Shown here: positions 1 through 14,568 of the stretch, one piece after another
Position numbering within the stretch: the stretch's first letter is position 1
Layout: the number at the start of each line of letters is the position of its first letter
Assembly: GCA_028534125.1 (NCBI GenBank)
Contig: CM052816.1
Location: 48,858,001 to 48,922,000 of the forward strand
Direction of reading: 5' to 3'
From: Lama glama
Lineage: Eukaryota
Length of the DNA stretch: 64,000 nt
Made by a program: the position numbers and the translations under genes
The notes under the pieces: model-generated
What the model was told of the DNA's origin: nothing
Database searches by the model: none
What the model saw: the letters and a program-made list of their open reading frames with translations, nothing else

Positions 1-3000
1 CATCTCAAATTTTAGAAGTATCCATGAAACATTAGTCAGTGGAATTAGATATTGCTCTCCAAAAATGCCAAAACTTTAAATTTGTACTATATGTTGGGAA
101 ATTTGAAAGATCACTTAATATATTATTATTTCTGTGACCACAAAAGGAAAGTCTTTGTTCAACCACAGTAAAAAGAAGACAAGAAAAATGCAATTTAGAC
201 ATGATTAAGGGGCCTAAGTCAAATATAAAATTAATTTTAAAAATTAAAAGTTACCTGAAACTAGGTATAGAGATAGAGTAAGGACTTTGTATGTGAGTGG
301 GTCGATCTTAGAGCAGATTCAGATAAAAGAAATAGAAAAAGGCGATTCTGAAGATGTTGCTTTGAGAGGTAAAATTAACCTTCATTAATGTGCTTTGAGA
401 AAAGTAAATAAAGATTGGATCCCATTTCAATTAGTATTTGATGTTAAATGATGCCTTCTTAAGTGCAACTCAGAGCGTAATTTGAACATCACGGGACCAT
501 AGCTTATGTCTGGGCTACACCGCCAATTGCTTTAGTTAACATACAGTCAAGTGTAAAGTAAACTGAATTTGAAAGTTAAGCAAGAGTTTTTTTCTTCATG
601 CTCATTTATTTTACTCACAGCCGTGAATAGTCACATACAGACATATAAGGGCTTTGTTGTAGGAATTGGGATGTGTGTTTTGAATTTTACTTGTTGTTAA
701 AGAAATATAGTTCAAATGTAAAAGATTTGTGTCTCCTCTAGGAAATATACCTATCTAATAACTTTTCCACGTCACCATCTTGAGATAATGAGATTCAGAA
801 CAGTAAGTTGATTTAAAAAGTATCATCAGATTTATTTGGAAAAACACACAAAAGCATATAATTGTGTTGAGATTTTATGAGAAATATCTGAAAAGTTAGC
901 ACATGAATGACTCTCTGTCTCCTACTTTTAAGGATAAAAAAGCCCTGGCCTTCTTTGCATTGTGAGAATTACAAATATTAGGCCAAATGAGGAGGAGCTT
1001 ATATTTGAACATGGATATCAAAGTTGGCCATTGTAGGTGTATATCCTTAAATCCCCCACTTTACTAACCTGGACTACTCTCAAAATAGTCTAGCTCCTAA
1101 TATGGTCTTCTATACTCTGAACCAAAATAGTTAATTGTGAATTGTAATGTTTTCCTAATGAATCAAATACCCTAATTTTGTATTTTCAGAATTGATACAA
1201 ACCTGAATTCTTATGTATCTGGTTACTTACAATATAACATTTGGCAGCAATTTTTCAGTGAGTGGACATAAGCAAAATATTCCTCTATTTATATCACAAA
1301 GCCCTAAAATCAATGTGATGCAAATATGTTTGAGTAACATATGTTAAATTTTTAATAAAATGAAACATATTTTACACTTACTATTTAAGGTGTTTGTCCC
1401 AAATTTGTTTATAAAGCTCTGAACTTGCTATAATTTTATGTTACATTATATAAATATTAAAGCATTTCCATTTTATAAGGAAATTTATTACTTAACTTAG
1501 TATAGGATATTAGAAATTCATTTTGTAATTTGTTGGTTTGATGATTTTAAAAGTGCTTTAGAGTGTGCCATTTTCTAAGACAATTTATGCTTAACTCCTT
1601 ATTGTAGGATTCAATCTATTACTTAAGAGTTTTTTTTCCCCACATATATAAGACTAACTATAAAATTCATATTGCTGTATTGAATAAGAATTGCCTGCTG
1701 TGGTGACTTCCATAACACTTCAAAGAAATGTACATGTATAATGTTGGTCCTTTGTTCTTATCATTGACTGAGGCCAGGTTTGTCATATAAAATCTTAAGC
1801 AACAATATAAAAAGATAATCTTCTATGTTCCATAGTTCCAAATCTATTTCTCCAAAAAGATTTAAAGTCTACAAAAGAGTAAAAATACCACCTAAGTCAA
1901 CATTTTTTCCTGAGTTGATTCTTCCTTCATGAAATTGAGTTAATAATAAACGTAAAACATCTTTAAAGTAAATCTGTATTTTATATCCTAAGAATTTATT
2001 TACTGATTTACAAAATTAGTTATTTCAAATACTATTTATAGTTAACATGCAAAGAAATCATGTGCTAAATTGTCTGTATCTGGGGGAAACAAATTTGTAC
2101 TTTAGGACAAAAATGTCAATCACTGATGTTTTGCTGAAATGAGGTGTTAAAAACATCTGTGCTTCTCCTTTAGGAAAAGCTCGGAAATAAATAATTTAGT
2201 GTCCTTTCCACTTCTACATAGGGAAAGTATACAGTTCATGAACTGCAACAGCAAGACAACTTCATTCATATTGTATACCATGTTTCAGTTAAAAGTGATT
2301 CAATTTCTATTAATATAACCTTGACCTACACTAGTTCCTCCTTAAGCTCTACAATTTGAAAAATAGTATATAAAAATACAAATAGAAACAAAACACAATG
2401 AAATACTGCCATCTTTTAAATCATAGGTTTATCTGTCTGTTCTTCAACTGTATAATACATATATTGTCCAGCAGAATATTTCTACTTTATAATTATTCCC
2501 TTGCAGGTCACCATTTAGATTTCAAGGAACTTGTATTCTCTTTGAGAGGCTTCTATATAGAATTAAGGACAAAATAAAAATAATGGTACGCATGAATGCC
2601 ATAAATGTCACTAGTTGTTTTAGGCAATTCTTAACTTCTGAACTCAGTAGGCTTTTTTAAAAAATACATATTTCTGTGTAGGCATTGGAAGGTTTCAAAA
2701 ACAATAATATTCTAACATATATTAATCAATTATATATGCACATCTTATTTTATTTCAATATCATGATAGAGGAATATGACAAAATTCCTTTTGATTATTT
2801 AGGTAATTAAAATTCTCTCCACTACATTTTGATCACTTACTTGCTTTTGAGGAATATGGAACACCCCTTTTAAATTATAAAGACTAAATGACATTAAATA
2901 TTCTAAGAAGCCTATTATAAAGTAGATATGGTGATTCTTTTATCTCATTTTACCTTATTAGAGTTTATTAAATCAAGTTGTTAAGCAGGTATTTTTTTCA

Positions 3001-4089
3001 AATGCATACACAGACGCATTACCTAAGGAGAGAAACATTCCAATTTATGAACTCCACAGCACACGTCATAGTTAATTTCCTACAGTACATCCTCTGTAGA
3101 TGCTTAGTAACCAATTGTTAAAACAATTTAAAGGTCCAAGATGTATTCGAATTATATTTAGGAAGACCAAAGCCACTGGTTCAGAGTATCTGAGAACAAT
3201 TGTTTCAATTGAGTGGAACTCCACCCCTCTCTTTTGCAATAACCACCTATATGCTCTGTACATATATCTGTGAGTATTCATAACTTAAAGACAATAATAT
3301 GTTCCAGAAAAATCACAGGTTCTTCCCAATTAAAATGAGCCCTAATGAGTAATGTAAACTCAAAATCCCCAAATAACTGAAGCATAATGCCTATAAATAA
3401 GCAGTGAACTACCACCATATCACTGTGTAAACCACTTTCAATATTGTTTCCAATGACCTAAACAGCTGATATTATTAATGAACAAATGCTTTGCATACAT
3501 AACATCTTATCTTTTACTGTGTTAACTTTACCCACTTTCCTTCATTTGCTACAACTTAAAAAAATCTCAATGAGATAGGATTTGTTGTAAAATTGGGCAA
3601 AAATAAAAACCAGATATGAAACACACTGTATATTGGAACAATCTGTCAGTAAAAGAGAATTGTTCAAACTGACTCTAACAGTATTAAGGCCCCTTTTTAG
3701 CATTATCAATACCCAAAACTGCACGTCATCTTAGTTAACACTAATGTTTCTAGTATCGAAACATTTGATTCTGATGATGTTTGATTGTAAATAGAGTTTG
3801 TTCACAAATATAATCTTTTAATGTTGTATTTAGTTTTGATGATGTATATATAAAATATACATATATAAACACTGGCCAAAAAACTAAACTGTTTTGAAAG
3901 ATGCTTACATGGATAAACTGTGAAATAAGATATGAAAAGTAGACACTAAAATCAAAGAGATGTTCTGCTTACAGTCTAAGAAGGACAGACTTAAAATTCA
4001 CTGTCTATATCTATAATTTACAGCTATAGCAGTAGAGTAAACTGTGACAAAGCAATTCAGCTTTGAATTAACAAAACTTAAACAACTTA

Positions 4090-4700
4090 ATAATAACACT
4101 GAGAAGAATGTGGGAAAATTGACACCCATACATATAACTAAGCAATAAGCCTGTAAATTGAGTCGAACTATGGGCTACAATTTGGCAATGTCTAACAAAA
4201 TTAAAAATAAGACATTCTCTTTGATGTACATTTAGAAATGTTTTTACACATGAAATAAGCATGTATACTGCAGAATCATCAGTACTTGGAAAACTCTGGA
4301 ACTAATCTAAAGATAAAATATTAAGTGACTTTAAAAGTAAAAATAGAGTATTTATTAAAACATAACATCAGTAGTAAAAATGTACAACATTACATGTTTC
4401 ATAAGAATAATCTAAAATATATTATTTAAACTATGAATTAAAAAGGCAAGATTCAGAGCAGTGAGTATACTGTTATTTGCATAAAAATATGTTATCATTT
4501 TAGTTAAAGTGTATTATCTTTATATAGATAGTAGAATATTCATGGGTTATCTATGGAAATCTGTAAGCAAACACAAACATCTACTCTCAGTAGAAATGGG
4601 GGTTAAGAAAGGCTGAGTAGTATGGTGGAAAGGTGACATATTTTATTGCACATATGTATATTGCCTATTTAAAAATAAGTTTTAAAATATTTTTGAAACA
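4090..4700 (+). mobile_element. Highly decayed old L1 3' fragment (L1ME-like)
   Basis: Degenerate L1 3' motifs such as 'gagaagaatgtgggaaaattgacacc', 'tttggcaatgtctaacaaaattaaaaat' and 'aaaaggcaagattcagagca'. Boundaries approximate. Confidence 0.5.
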
Positions 4701-6823
4701 CATTTTCTGAATGCTTTTAAGTTAATCACATCTAAGATTACTACTGCACATTGTAAAAAAATGAAGCCAATGCTTTGCATTAAATCAACATTTATGAAAT
4801 TCAGAAGTTGAGATTGATCAATAAAACTCTTATTAAGCTTTTCAGCATGTGACTAAATAAAGTTAAAATGGACCTATTCAACAACTGTACATGAAAAATT
4901 TTATCACTCTCAGCATATGTTATTTCAGTTGAATAATTTGTGTTTTTCAGATTGAGCAATTACATACTTTTTCAATTTGTGTATCAAGGCCTATATCTTA
5001 AACAGTGCACAATCCAAAGACTTCAACAAAACTTAAACATGAATTCCATGATCCTATGAATTTACCCAAACTGGCTGGATAAGAGAGGAAGAGAACTACC
5101 CTCTTCCTGAATATAAATGAATGTAACAGTAAATATGTTTATATGTGTGTCTGTGTGGAAACATCAGATATTTTAATATAATTTTTCAGAGCTTAATGAC
5201 AACTAAGTTGATTGCAAGTTAAGTACATAAATATGTAAACTTCTAAATAAAAGAGAGATTCTATAAGAAGCCCAAATCCCATTGTTCAATCAATAAGGAA
5301 GGTCCAAATCCATCTTGGGGTGGTACACACACAGTCAGGGGTGTATTTGACTTGAGCTCTATTAATCTTCCTTCTCTGGCCCATCTTTACATTTTACAAC
5401 CCAGAAAACATCCCCCCATGATTAAGACCTTCGGACTGTGCCTGTCAGTTATGAATTCTATAATGTCAAGGACTTTATACCTCTGGTCTCAGGTAGCTAG
5501 GATTTATTCCTTTGAAAAATGCAATAACTATGTAGTTAGTGGAGATTTTGCCCTCATAAATTCTTCATAACATCATTCATTGCCATAAAACTCATGAAAG
5601 TAGTGGGGGGTATTCTGATTTATGATCTGATTCAGCGCAAAAGTTTGAGGACCGGAATTCTAATATACAGCACATGGTATCATGTTCAGTTTTAAAGAAA
5701 CATGCATAACGAATTGATTGCTCTTTAAATTTTTTTAACCTGAAGTACCATAAAATCACATAATATGATTCAGTGGGAAAACTGTAATCAGGAGCAAAGT
5801 TAATAAATCAAGTGCTCTTTCACTGTAAATATTTATTATTGTGTCTTATCTCTAAAACTTAAAAAATATTAAACTTACTATTAATTTGATAAACGCTTCC
5901 TATGGTGAAAGTATTTAGATGCCAGACACACACAGTTTTCATTGCTCCATCATCTTAGTGATTGTAGACTCAATGAAGATTTGTGTTGTGTCTCTGTCAT
6001 AAGCTTGCACAGGCTGCCTTAACTGCATAAAGGATAAAGGGCTCAAGAATATAATTCCAAACAAGGTTAAATTTTCAAACTGTACTTGTTATTATATACA
6101 AAGGTTTCCTGGGCTAACAGTATTCAATTCAAAAGTAAAAATAGACAAACTTCCAGAACTTCTGAGAATAGCCTGGGGTAGGGAGATAATATTTGGAAGA
6201 AAAGAGAAAACAGTACTAAAGAGTATCAATTCTTGACACTCTCAAATGTCCTGCATAGTTCCAAAATCACTTACTTATTGGAAGAAGACATACAACATGA
6301 AATGACTTTTTCGTAAGCTGTAATGATTCATGTGTTAGTGCTGTGGTCTCAAATAGGATACATCGGCTCTAGGAGATGCCCAAGATAGCAATTAGAGTGA
6401 TGAGAGAAATCACTAGAACTTCTGTTCAAGTTTTAACTCACCTTTTTAAATCAATATATTTACATTTCCAATATATTTATGTTTCCAGTATAACTTACAT
6501 TAACATAGCAGAACATGTATATCTTTTTCTTTATTCTTGAAATTTTTTTAAACTGTAGTGAGTAGATGATTTAAAAAATATATAAACTGCTGAATCAAGT
6601 AACTGAAAGATAAGATGTTAAAATGAAAAGCAAATAAACATTAAAAATTAGATTCAGATTTATAATTCATGATAAGAGGTGCGCAGCAAAGTATATGAAT
6701 TCTTAAAATATAAGTATTCCCATACCTCATTTATTTTTCCAGGTTTTTACATCTTTACATAAGGGTAGTTGGGAGACTATTTTGTCTGTATCACCTTCTG
6801 GATTATTATTTTTGCTTATGTTC

Positions 6824-7293
6824 TGTCCAGTCAACTGGGGCCGCCATAGCAAAATACCATTGACTAGGTAGTATACTAGCAGCAGTGTGCTTTCCCACGT
6901 TCTAGAGGCTAAAAGACCCAGAGCAAGGTGCTGTCCGATTCCATTCTTGGTGAGGGCTCTCTTTCTGGCTTGCAGGCAGCTGTCATCTTGCTGTGTGCAC
7001 ACGTGACCTCTTTTTTGTATATTCAGAGAAAGAGTGAGAGATAGAGGGAGAACAGGTTATCACATGTGCAAGAGTGCTCTCTTATTATAAGGACATTAAT
7101 CCCATAGGATTAGGGCCCTACCCTTCTTTAATTTATTTAATAATAAATTGTCATTTATTATTTATTTTTATTTTACTTTGAATTATTATACATTTAACCT
7201 TAATTCCTGAAAGCCCTATCTTCAAATACAGTCACATTTGGGGCTGGGGCTTCAACATGTGAATTTAGAGGAGATATACTTTAGCCCATAGCA
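6824..7293 (-). mobile_element. MaLR solo LTR, MLT1A-like
   Basis: Matches the recalled MLT1A reverse complement: 'gccatagcaaaatacca', 'tggtgagggctctctttctggcttgcag', 'cttattataaggacattaatcccat', 'ttcaacatgtgaattt...cccatagca'. Confidence 0.8.
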
Positions 7294-10006
7294 TGCTCCA
7301 AGAGAGGATTAAGAAATGTTTTCTGAATTTCTTACCAAAATAATTTCAGGAAAACTTCAAAGGTAGCAATAAAATTTTCTTATGTATATTTTATATTTAT
7401 ATATGTAGATGAGGTTAAATAAATATATTTAGAACATATTTATATGGGATATTAGATACTAGAATTTACAAATATACTGTAACATTTGAAAAAATAATCT
7501 CTATATATTTATATTTGAAAAAAGATTTAGTTAAATTATAAAATAATTTACAATAATAATTTATAATCTCTCCTGTAGAATTCAAGACTAAATCTATGAT
7601 TTTTATTTTATACCTTCAGCAGAGACCACTCAATTTCTTACTATTTGAGAATTTCTTGGAAAGCAGATGAGCAGTAGCTTAAATTAGCCCTTATGCTCAA
7701 AGGAGAGTTTATTTCCCTCTCCTCTTCTCACAGCACCCCTCAAACGTGTTATCTGATGGAAAGAAAAGAGAAAGGACAAAGAGCAGCCAAGGTGGTAGAG
7801 TCAAGGCAATTTTCTATTGCTCTATTCTTGTGATTCTTAATGTTGTTGAAATTTACACTTTGATTTTGACATTGATGAAAGCACCCTCACCTCTCCTACT
7901 AAACACACAAAAAGGCAATCTTTTGTGCATTAATAATATTTTTTTTAAAAAAACTGCCGCCAATAGTCTGCTTTTTGAATATGGGAAAAGGACTGTAGCA
8001 CAAAATTCTGTCCTAAAGGTGAGAAGATAAGTGGGCCAATCAGCAGGGAGTTTTTTAAATGTTTATCCTGCAGCAAGGCCAGTGAAATTCTCTCTGTAGA
8101 ATAGCTGACCTCTGACTAAGAGGTAGAACATTTCTAAAAATGTCAACCGTTCCCTATATCTATCAGGCCCTATTGAAGTGACTCGTGGATTTAGAAAAAA
8201 CATAGAGAATGGTTACTATTCTTGAAACTAAAGTCAATATTGTACAGTTTTAAATTTTTGTGTGTGGTACAAAAAGTATCTGAGACACATCAGCTTTTAT
8301 CATAATCTATTTTATTCTTACATAATACCACCTTGAAATCTTTAAATATTTGTTCATGAGATAAAGCATCTGTCTTGTAATATTTAGAAAGTATAACAGA
8401 AATATGGTGTTTTCCAATTGAAACATCAACAGTCCTTTGCAGATGAAAATTTTATGAAAAACAAATAATTTTAAGTAAGAAACATTTATAATACATATTT
8501 TATATTTTGAGAATTAAATGATAGATAGTAATAATATTTAATCAAACCCCTTTCCCCTTTGACAGTTTAAGATACCTCAATGTGAAAAATCTCTAAAACA
8601 GATTAAAAAAAAAAAAAGACCCTGCCCTATTTCTTAAACACAAACAAAAGACATGATAAAAATAAGTAAGGCTTTTTTTTGTTTGTTCATTTGCTTTGGT
8701 AAACAACAGCATCATTATTAGCCTTACTTTTGGTCAAGTATTATGCTTAGAAATGTACATAATTTTTTTGGTTTAACTGTAGCAATCATAGCAGAAGGTA
8801 AAATTATGAGTGTGCTGAAGTTCAGAGACGATTAAGAATCTAAGGACTACACTTAGGTTATGTAGCCAAGTCAGTAGCTGTTTTTAAGAGATGTGTTTGG
8901 TTGCAGGTAACAAAAGTAACACTAAGCTAACCTAAGCAGAAATGAGAAATTCATTATTAAGGCTCAGAACAATCTTCCAAAGTCTATGAATAATGATTCA
9001 ATTGAGCATCAAAAAGTGATCATTACTTGGTATTGGATAGCTCTCTGTGGCCCAATTTGGGTCATTCTTCTCTATCTAAAAAATATTTTCCACAGCTCCC
9101 ATATTTTCATGGTTTAACTTGATCAAATTTCACATTACAGCTTCAGCAACCTGAAGTTAATGATTCTCTGTCTCAGTTTGGTTAAGATGTGCTCTCTTAG
9201 ACCAATCATCTTATAAGAGAAGGACATCACACTACATGAACTTACTCACAGTTGGACCCAGGGAGAGTGAGAAATGAACAAAGTCGTCTAAAGAATGGCT
9301 ACTACAGAAGCAGAACTACCACAGTACTTAGAGCAGGGTTAATTGTCTCAGAATGCAAGAGTTGAATACTACTCTGGTTTCTTTAAAAAAAAAAAAAACT
9401 TTCACGTTTTGCTCTTGTACTTTCCTGTCTACCTTTTCTTCAGCAGCACTAAGTACTTGCTATGGTCTGAAACAGTCAGTAGCAATGTAGATTGCATACA
9501 CAGCTGAGTTTGAGAAATATTATTCTTGTAGGGAAGCCCTATAATATGAGAGATTTGGTATGTGGATTGTAAATGCTTTTAATGGATGAAGATTTGATTA
9601 TTCTTCCTGTTCTCACCAGAGGGATTGATGATTTTGAGTCATTTCTGCCATTTGGAACTTTGCAAAATAAAGGCACAAGGAGTTTTAATTTTAAAATCAA
9701 GACAAATGAAAGTTTCAGATTTAATTAATTCTATGCAAGATACAAAGACTCCATCCAATGAGTTTACCCTTGTGTTTGGCCTGAGCACAGTAGAAATAGA
9801 GCAATGGAAGATATTTGAATTTTAATTTCTAATTAGGAGCAGAGGGAGAGAAAATTATTTCATCATCTCTTTTTCTCCCCATGGAAGTAGGAAATTTATA
9901 GTGAAAACTGTTTAATACTGGAACTTCTTAAAGGAGGATTGAAAGTCTGGAGAATTTTCATGTGGATAACTCATTTTAAGGAGTAGTCTCCTGTAGTACT
10001 ATGTGA

Positions 10007-10264
10007 AGCAGTATAACCTAGTGCCTGACAGCATGGGCTCTATAGTTAGATGCTAGGATGCAATATTGTTTTGATTATTAATATCTTTATGATACTGGTC
10101 AAATTACTTATCCTTTCTATGTCACAGATCGTAATCTATTATATTGACTTAATAATAGTAACTGTTTTTAAGGGTTTCTATGAGTATGAAGCAAAAGAAT
10201 GTGTCTAAATAATATAGCAATATACCTGGCATGCAGTAAATCTCAACAACTATTAGCTATTATT
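10007..10264 (+). mobile_element. MIR SINE
   Basis: MIR-like core and tail: 'gcatgggctctatagttaga', 'ggtcaaattacttatcctttctatgtc', 'cctggcatgcagtaaatctcaacaactattagctattatt'. Confidence 0.75.
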
Positions 10265-10384
10265 TTTATAATTAAACACTGTGTAAAATTTTTTCAAGTA
10301 AAGCATACTTGCACTTGGATTTCTCTCCTCTATTAATTATTTAGCTAAGAAATTTGAGTAAGTCATTTAAACATGCATATTTAA

Positions 10385-10549
10385 AGTAGCTGATGATCAA
10401 AATATGTGGAACAGCGTTGGCATCTTCTGCAAACTTGTTAGAAATGCAGAGTCTCACTCCCCTTGAGTTCTAGTGAGTGAGACTCTGCCTTTTAACAAGA
10501 ACTCACCCACATGTAATTTTCATAACCATTAAAATTTGAGAAAAAACTG
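10385..10549. mobile_element. MER5-like hAT-Charlie MITE
   Basis: 'gcatcttctgcaaacttgttagaaatgcagagtctc...ctgccttttaacaagaact...aaaatttgagaa'. Confidence 0.65.
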
Positions 10550-10856
10550 TTGGTTCTTTTCTTTCTTATAGTACAGCGAATGTGTACTGTTGGTGCTCAG
10601 TAAATAATTGTTCATATGATACCTCATATCATTTCATTGAAGGCAAAAAAATAAGAGCTCAGTTATATGGCTATAGAGTTGTGGCAATTCTATTTCAGAA
10701 TTATTTGATTTTTATATGAATTTGATGGGTCCCGGTTTAAGATCAGATGGTGAGAGATTAAGTCATGAGAGTCGGTACATAGACATCAAGTGACATTAAA
10801 ATTTTAGTAGGAATGGAAGGCAGTTATGGGCTGCCATGTTTATCAAAATTGACATC

Positions 10857-11473
10857 TGTTAATTTTCTCTGATCCAGTTCTTAGTCCCACTTTGACGTCC
10901 AAGGATAAATAGATACTTTTCTGCCTCTATTCTAATTATAGTGTAAGAGCAGACAGTTGTTTTTCTCCTTTTTGTAATGTAAGTGCCTGACTTAGGTTCT
11001 GACTGCCTTAACTGCTGGAGCATCCACTTCAAAATGGCTATCTTGAAGAAATGCACTGCTAGCCACATGACTAGATAAATGGCCAGTTCTCCCCACCAGC
11101 CTGACCCAGGCTGCATCGTTGTAAAAATCTTAGTTGATTTCGGTAACTACCATTTGAGCCACTTGTTTTTACTCTTCCTGTGCTTTAAATCCCCACTTTT
11201 ATGTTTCAAATTCACCAGTAAAGAGTAAGCCTATGAAACCCAAGGTCCCCACCATGGGCCCCAACAAATGCAGAGCCCCAGGCCCATGTGCTCTCTCTCT
11301 CTCTCACTGAACTGCAACCTCACTGTGTGTCCCCAGGTGTGCATGTAACTTCCAGGACTTGTGTAAAAAACCTCGTCTCCTTCAAAGTTTCCTGATGGTT
11401 ATTGTTGAAGTCGTCTTGACAATCATGCTAAGAACCATAAGAGTGGGTCTAACCCCTACCCTGGTTATCAACA
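10857..11473 (+). mobile_element. Probable ERV solo LTR, family not identified
   Basis: GC-richer block bounded by TGTT...AACA with LTR-like organisation ('caaaatggc', (CT)n tract, U5-like end 'ggttatcaaca'). No clear TSD; the 5' end could instead be near 10978. Confidence 0.45.
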
Positions 11474-11946
11474 GTCTGAGACCAGAACAAAACAAGGAGA
11501 AAGTTTCTGTTTTCCTGAAAATGAAGATTTTCTTGTAATAATAGTTGTGTGGGAATAGTTGATGAGCATGACTAGGATAGAGAAACAAGAAGAGATTTCA
11601 TGGTTTAAACTAGCTCTGTAAGCTTAGAAACTCCCTCAGATTGAGTTTCTTCATTAATATAAAGAGGAAGCTGAATTTTGTGACATGGTAGAGTCCCATT
11701 TGCAATTAACCTTTTATTCTTATCCTATTAAATTTTTACTATTGTATATAGGGAAGAGAAATAGGAGTTTTCTGATTAATAAGTTTCACCACTTTTTTGC
11801 AGAAGACACATCCGATTCTAAACAAATCCAGAATGTGATTCAATTTCCACATTCTAAAAATCGAAATACTATTACTCTCCATTTACCTACCGAAAGAGGA
11901 TGAAGTTTTCTCTATCAAACCTATGTTAATTTTTATCTTTTTTAAT

Positions 11947-13065
11947 AGTGGAGGTATTTCCTGATTTCAAACTTTATTACAAAGCTTTAGCAATCAAAGA
12001 AATATGCGATGGCATAAAAACAAGACACATAGGTCAATGGAACAGAATAGAGAGCCCAGAAATAAGCCAATGCATATATGATCAGTTAATTTATGACAAA
12101 GGAGTCAAGAATATACAATAAGGAAAGGATAGTCTCCTGAATAAATGGTTTTGGTAAAACTGGATAACCATGTGCAAAAGAATGAATCTAAACCCTTATC
12201 TAACACCGTACACAAAAATCAAATCAAAATGGATTAAAGATTTGAATGTAAGACGTGAAACCATAAAGCTCCTAGAAGAAAACATGGTAAGCTCCTTGAC
12301 ATAGGTCTGGGCAATGATTTTTTGGATGTGACACCAAAAGCAAAGGTAACAAAAGCAAAACTAAACAAGTGAGATTATACCAAACTAAAAAGCTTCTACA
12401 AAGTAAACCATCAACAAAATTAAAAGGTAATCTACAGAATGGGAGATAATATTTGCAAAACATACATCTGATAAGAGATTAATATCCAAAATATATAAAG
12501 AACTCATCAGGCAAAAATAATCCTAATAAAAAATGGGCAGAGGAACCGAATAGACATTTTTCCAAAGAAGATTTACAAATGGCCAACAGGTACATGAAAA
12601 TGGGTTCAACATTACTAACCATCAGATAAATGTGAATCAAAGCCACAGTATCGCCTCACACCTGTCAGAATGGCTATCATCAAAAAGATAGGCAGTAACA
12701 AGCATTGGTGAGGATGTGGAGAAAAGGCAGCCCTTGTGCACTGTTGGTAGGACTGTAAATTGGTACAGCAACTATAGAAAACAATATGGAGTTTCTTCAA
12801 AACATTAAAGATACAACTACCATATAGTCCAGCAACCCCACTTTCTAGGAATATATCAAAAGGCAATGAAAAGAGGCTCTAAAAGAGATATATGCAATTT
12901 TCATTGCAACATTATTCACAACAGCCAAGAAATGGAAACAACCAGAGTGTCTGTCAATGAAAGAATGGATAAACAATAAATAAGTGTTTCAAATCAACAT
13001 GTACACCTTAAACTTACATAATGTTATATGTCAATTATATCCCAACAAAGCTGAAAAATACAAAA
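11947..13065 (+). mobile_element. 5'-truncated L1 (L1MA9-like): disrupted ORF2 3' part plus 3' terminus
   Basis: Canonical ORF2 sequence ('caatggaacagaatagagagcccagaaataa', 'gacatttttccaaagaagatttacaaatggccaacagg', 'cacacctgtcagaatggctatcatcaaaaag') and terminal 'gtacaccttaaacttacataatgttatatgtcaattatat'. Confidence 0.92.
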
Positions 13066-14375
13066 TATTTTGAAGAATCTATTATCAAATGCAAATCTAT
13101 TATCAAATATATAGTATAAGTATGGCTTGGAGGAAAGAATAACAAAATCAAGTTAATATCTGGATCTCTTCCCACTCTAACCTTACAGGCCTAAGTTACT
13201 TCAGGTAAGTTTAAAGCTTTGGTTTCATGTATCATCATCTATAAAATAAAGGAGTTGGTCTAGATTATTTCTAATTAAAATTGGTAGATTTTAATTTTCA
13301 ATAATTTAAAACCCATTTTCAGGTTTTTTGGTTGTTGTTGTTTTTATACTTGAGAATTATTTAAACTCAACTGCTTTAGTTTGTGAAGTAAGTGAAATGA
13401 TTTGGTTGTCAAACAAGTGAAAATACAAGGGCATGGGAAAATTGTACAAAGCAGGAGTCCATCTCTACCAACAGCATGTGATTATTATGTTTGTTAGGTC
13501 TCTTAAAATGTCTATATGTACATCTTTATCATAAATTATGAACATTTAGCCTAAACCACTGCTATGACAACTGAACAAAAAATTTTAAATGCCAAAAGTT
13601 TATTCCATGTGATAATCTGAGCTGAAATGCACTTCTCTGTTTAATGAGCAGTGTAGGCCCAAGCCATGTAAAAGTTGGCAATTTGACTTGCCCCATAACA
13701 GTCATATTACACAAGCAATAGGATTCTGGAAATCTAACATTTTCATCCATATTTTGCAGGTGCCCAATCTTAAAAAATATTGGCTCACAATATATAAACA
13801 TGGCTTTTATGAGATATGAATTCATTTTGCCAACACATAGTCCCTCTTGGCACAATGTACATTTCTGTGTGAACACAATAGTTATAAAAAAAAAATCCAT
13901 CTCTAGAACACCCCACCCCAGTAGAATAACAAGAATTAGAACTCACAATTTTATAAAGACTGACATCGTGAAGATTTTAGAGAGGCAGATTTATCTTACA
14001 AATCAGTGAGGATTATTAAACACATATTATAGTACATGTGTTTTGTGTGAATAAAATCCCAAATCGAAATGAGTCCACCAGCCTATGCAGATGAATGCCA
14101 TCCTAGCTGGACAGATTGCTTTGGAATATGGAAGACTTCACAAGTTTATAGGAACAATTTTCTTTAGCAGCTCTTTATAAAAGGCAAAAATAAAATGATT
14201 CAAAAGAGTACCCTCCTTAAACTTTCAAATTTTTAAATACTAAATTATTATGAATAAGTAATATCTTTGCAAAAGAAACATTTTAAAACATTTTTTAAAA
14301 ATTAGGTAAAAACAAGTTTGGAATGGTTTCCCGTATTTTCATCTCTATATATACTAATGATTCCAAATATCTAAT

Positions 14376-14464
14376 TATCTCATTGGAAGGCTATGGTGTA
14401 TATTATTGACAATAGCCAAGAAATATATTCTATTCCTTATACACCATAGCCTTCCAATGAGATA
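14376..14464. repeat. Perfect 27-bp inverted repeat with 35-nt spacer
   Basis: 14376-14402 tatctcattggaaggctatggtgtata is the exact reverse complement of 14438-14464 tatacaccatagccttccaatgagata. Confidence 0.97.
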
Positions 14465-14568
14465 TGGGGATTCCTAGTATTTCTAATAAGATGCAGCAAT
14501 AATGGAAATCTTTACTTGTATGTAGTCAGTTCACTGTCTCCCTTCAAGAAGAAAAATAAATCACTCAT

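Noticed and set aside
340..630. Repeat-free stretch rich in TAAT/ATTA motifs as a possible conserved enhancer (similar impressions at ~21940-22010 and ~34700-35110)
   Set aside because: Conservation cannot be judged without alignments, and such motifs are expected in AT-rich DNA.
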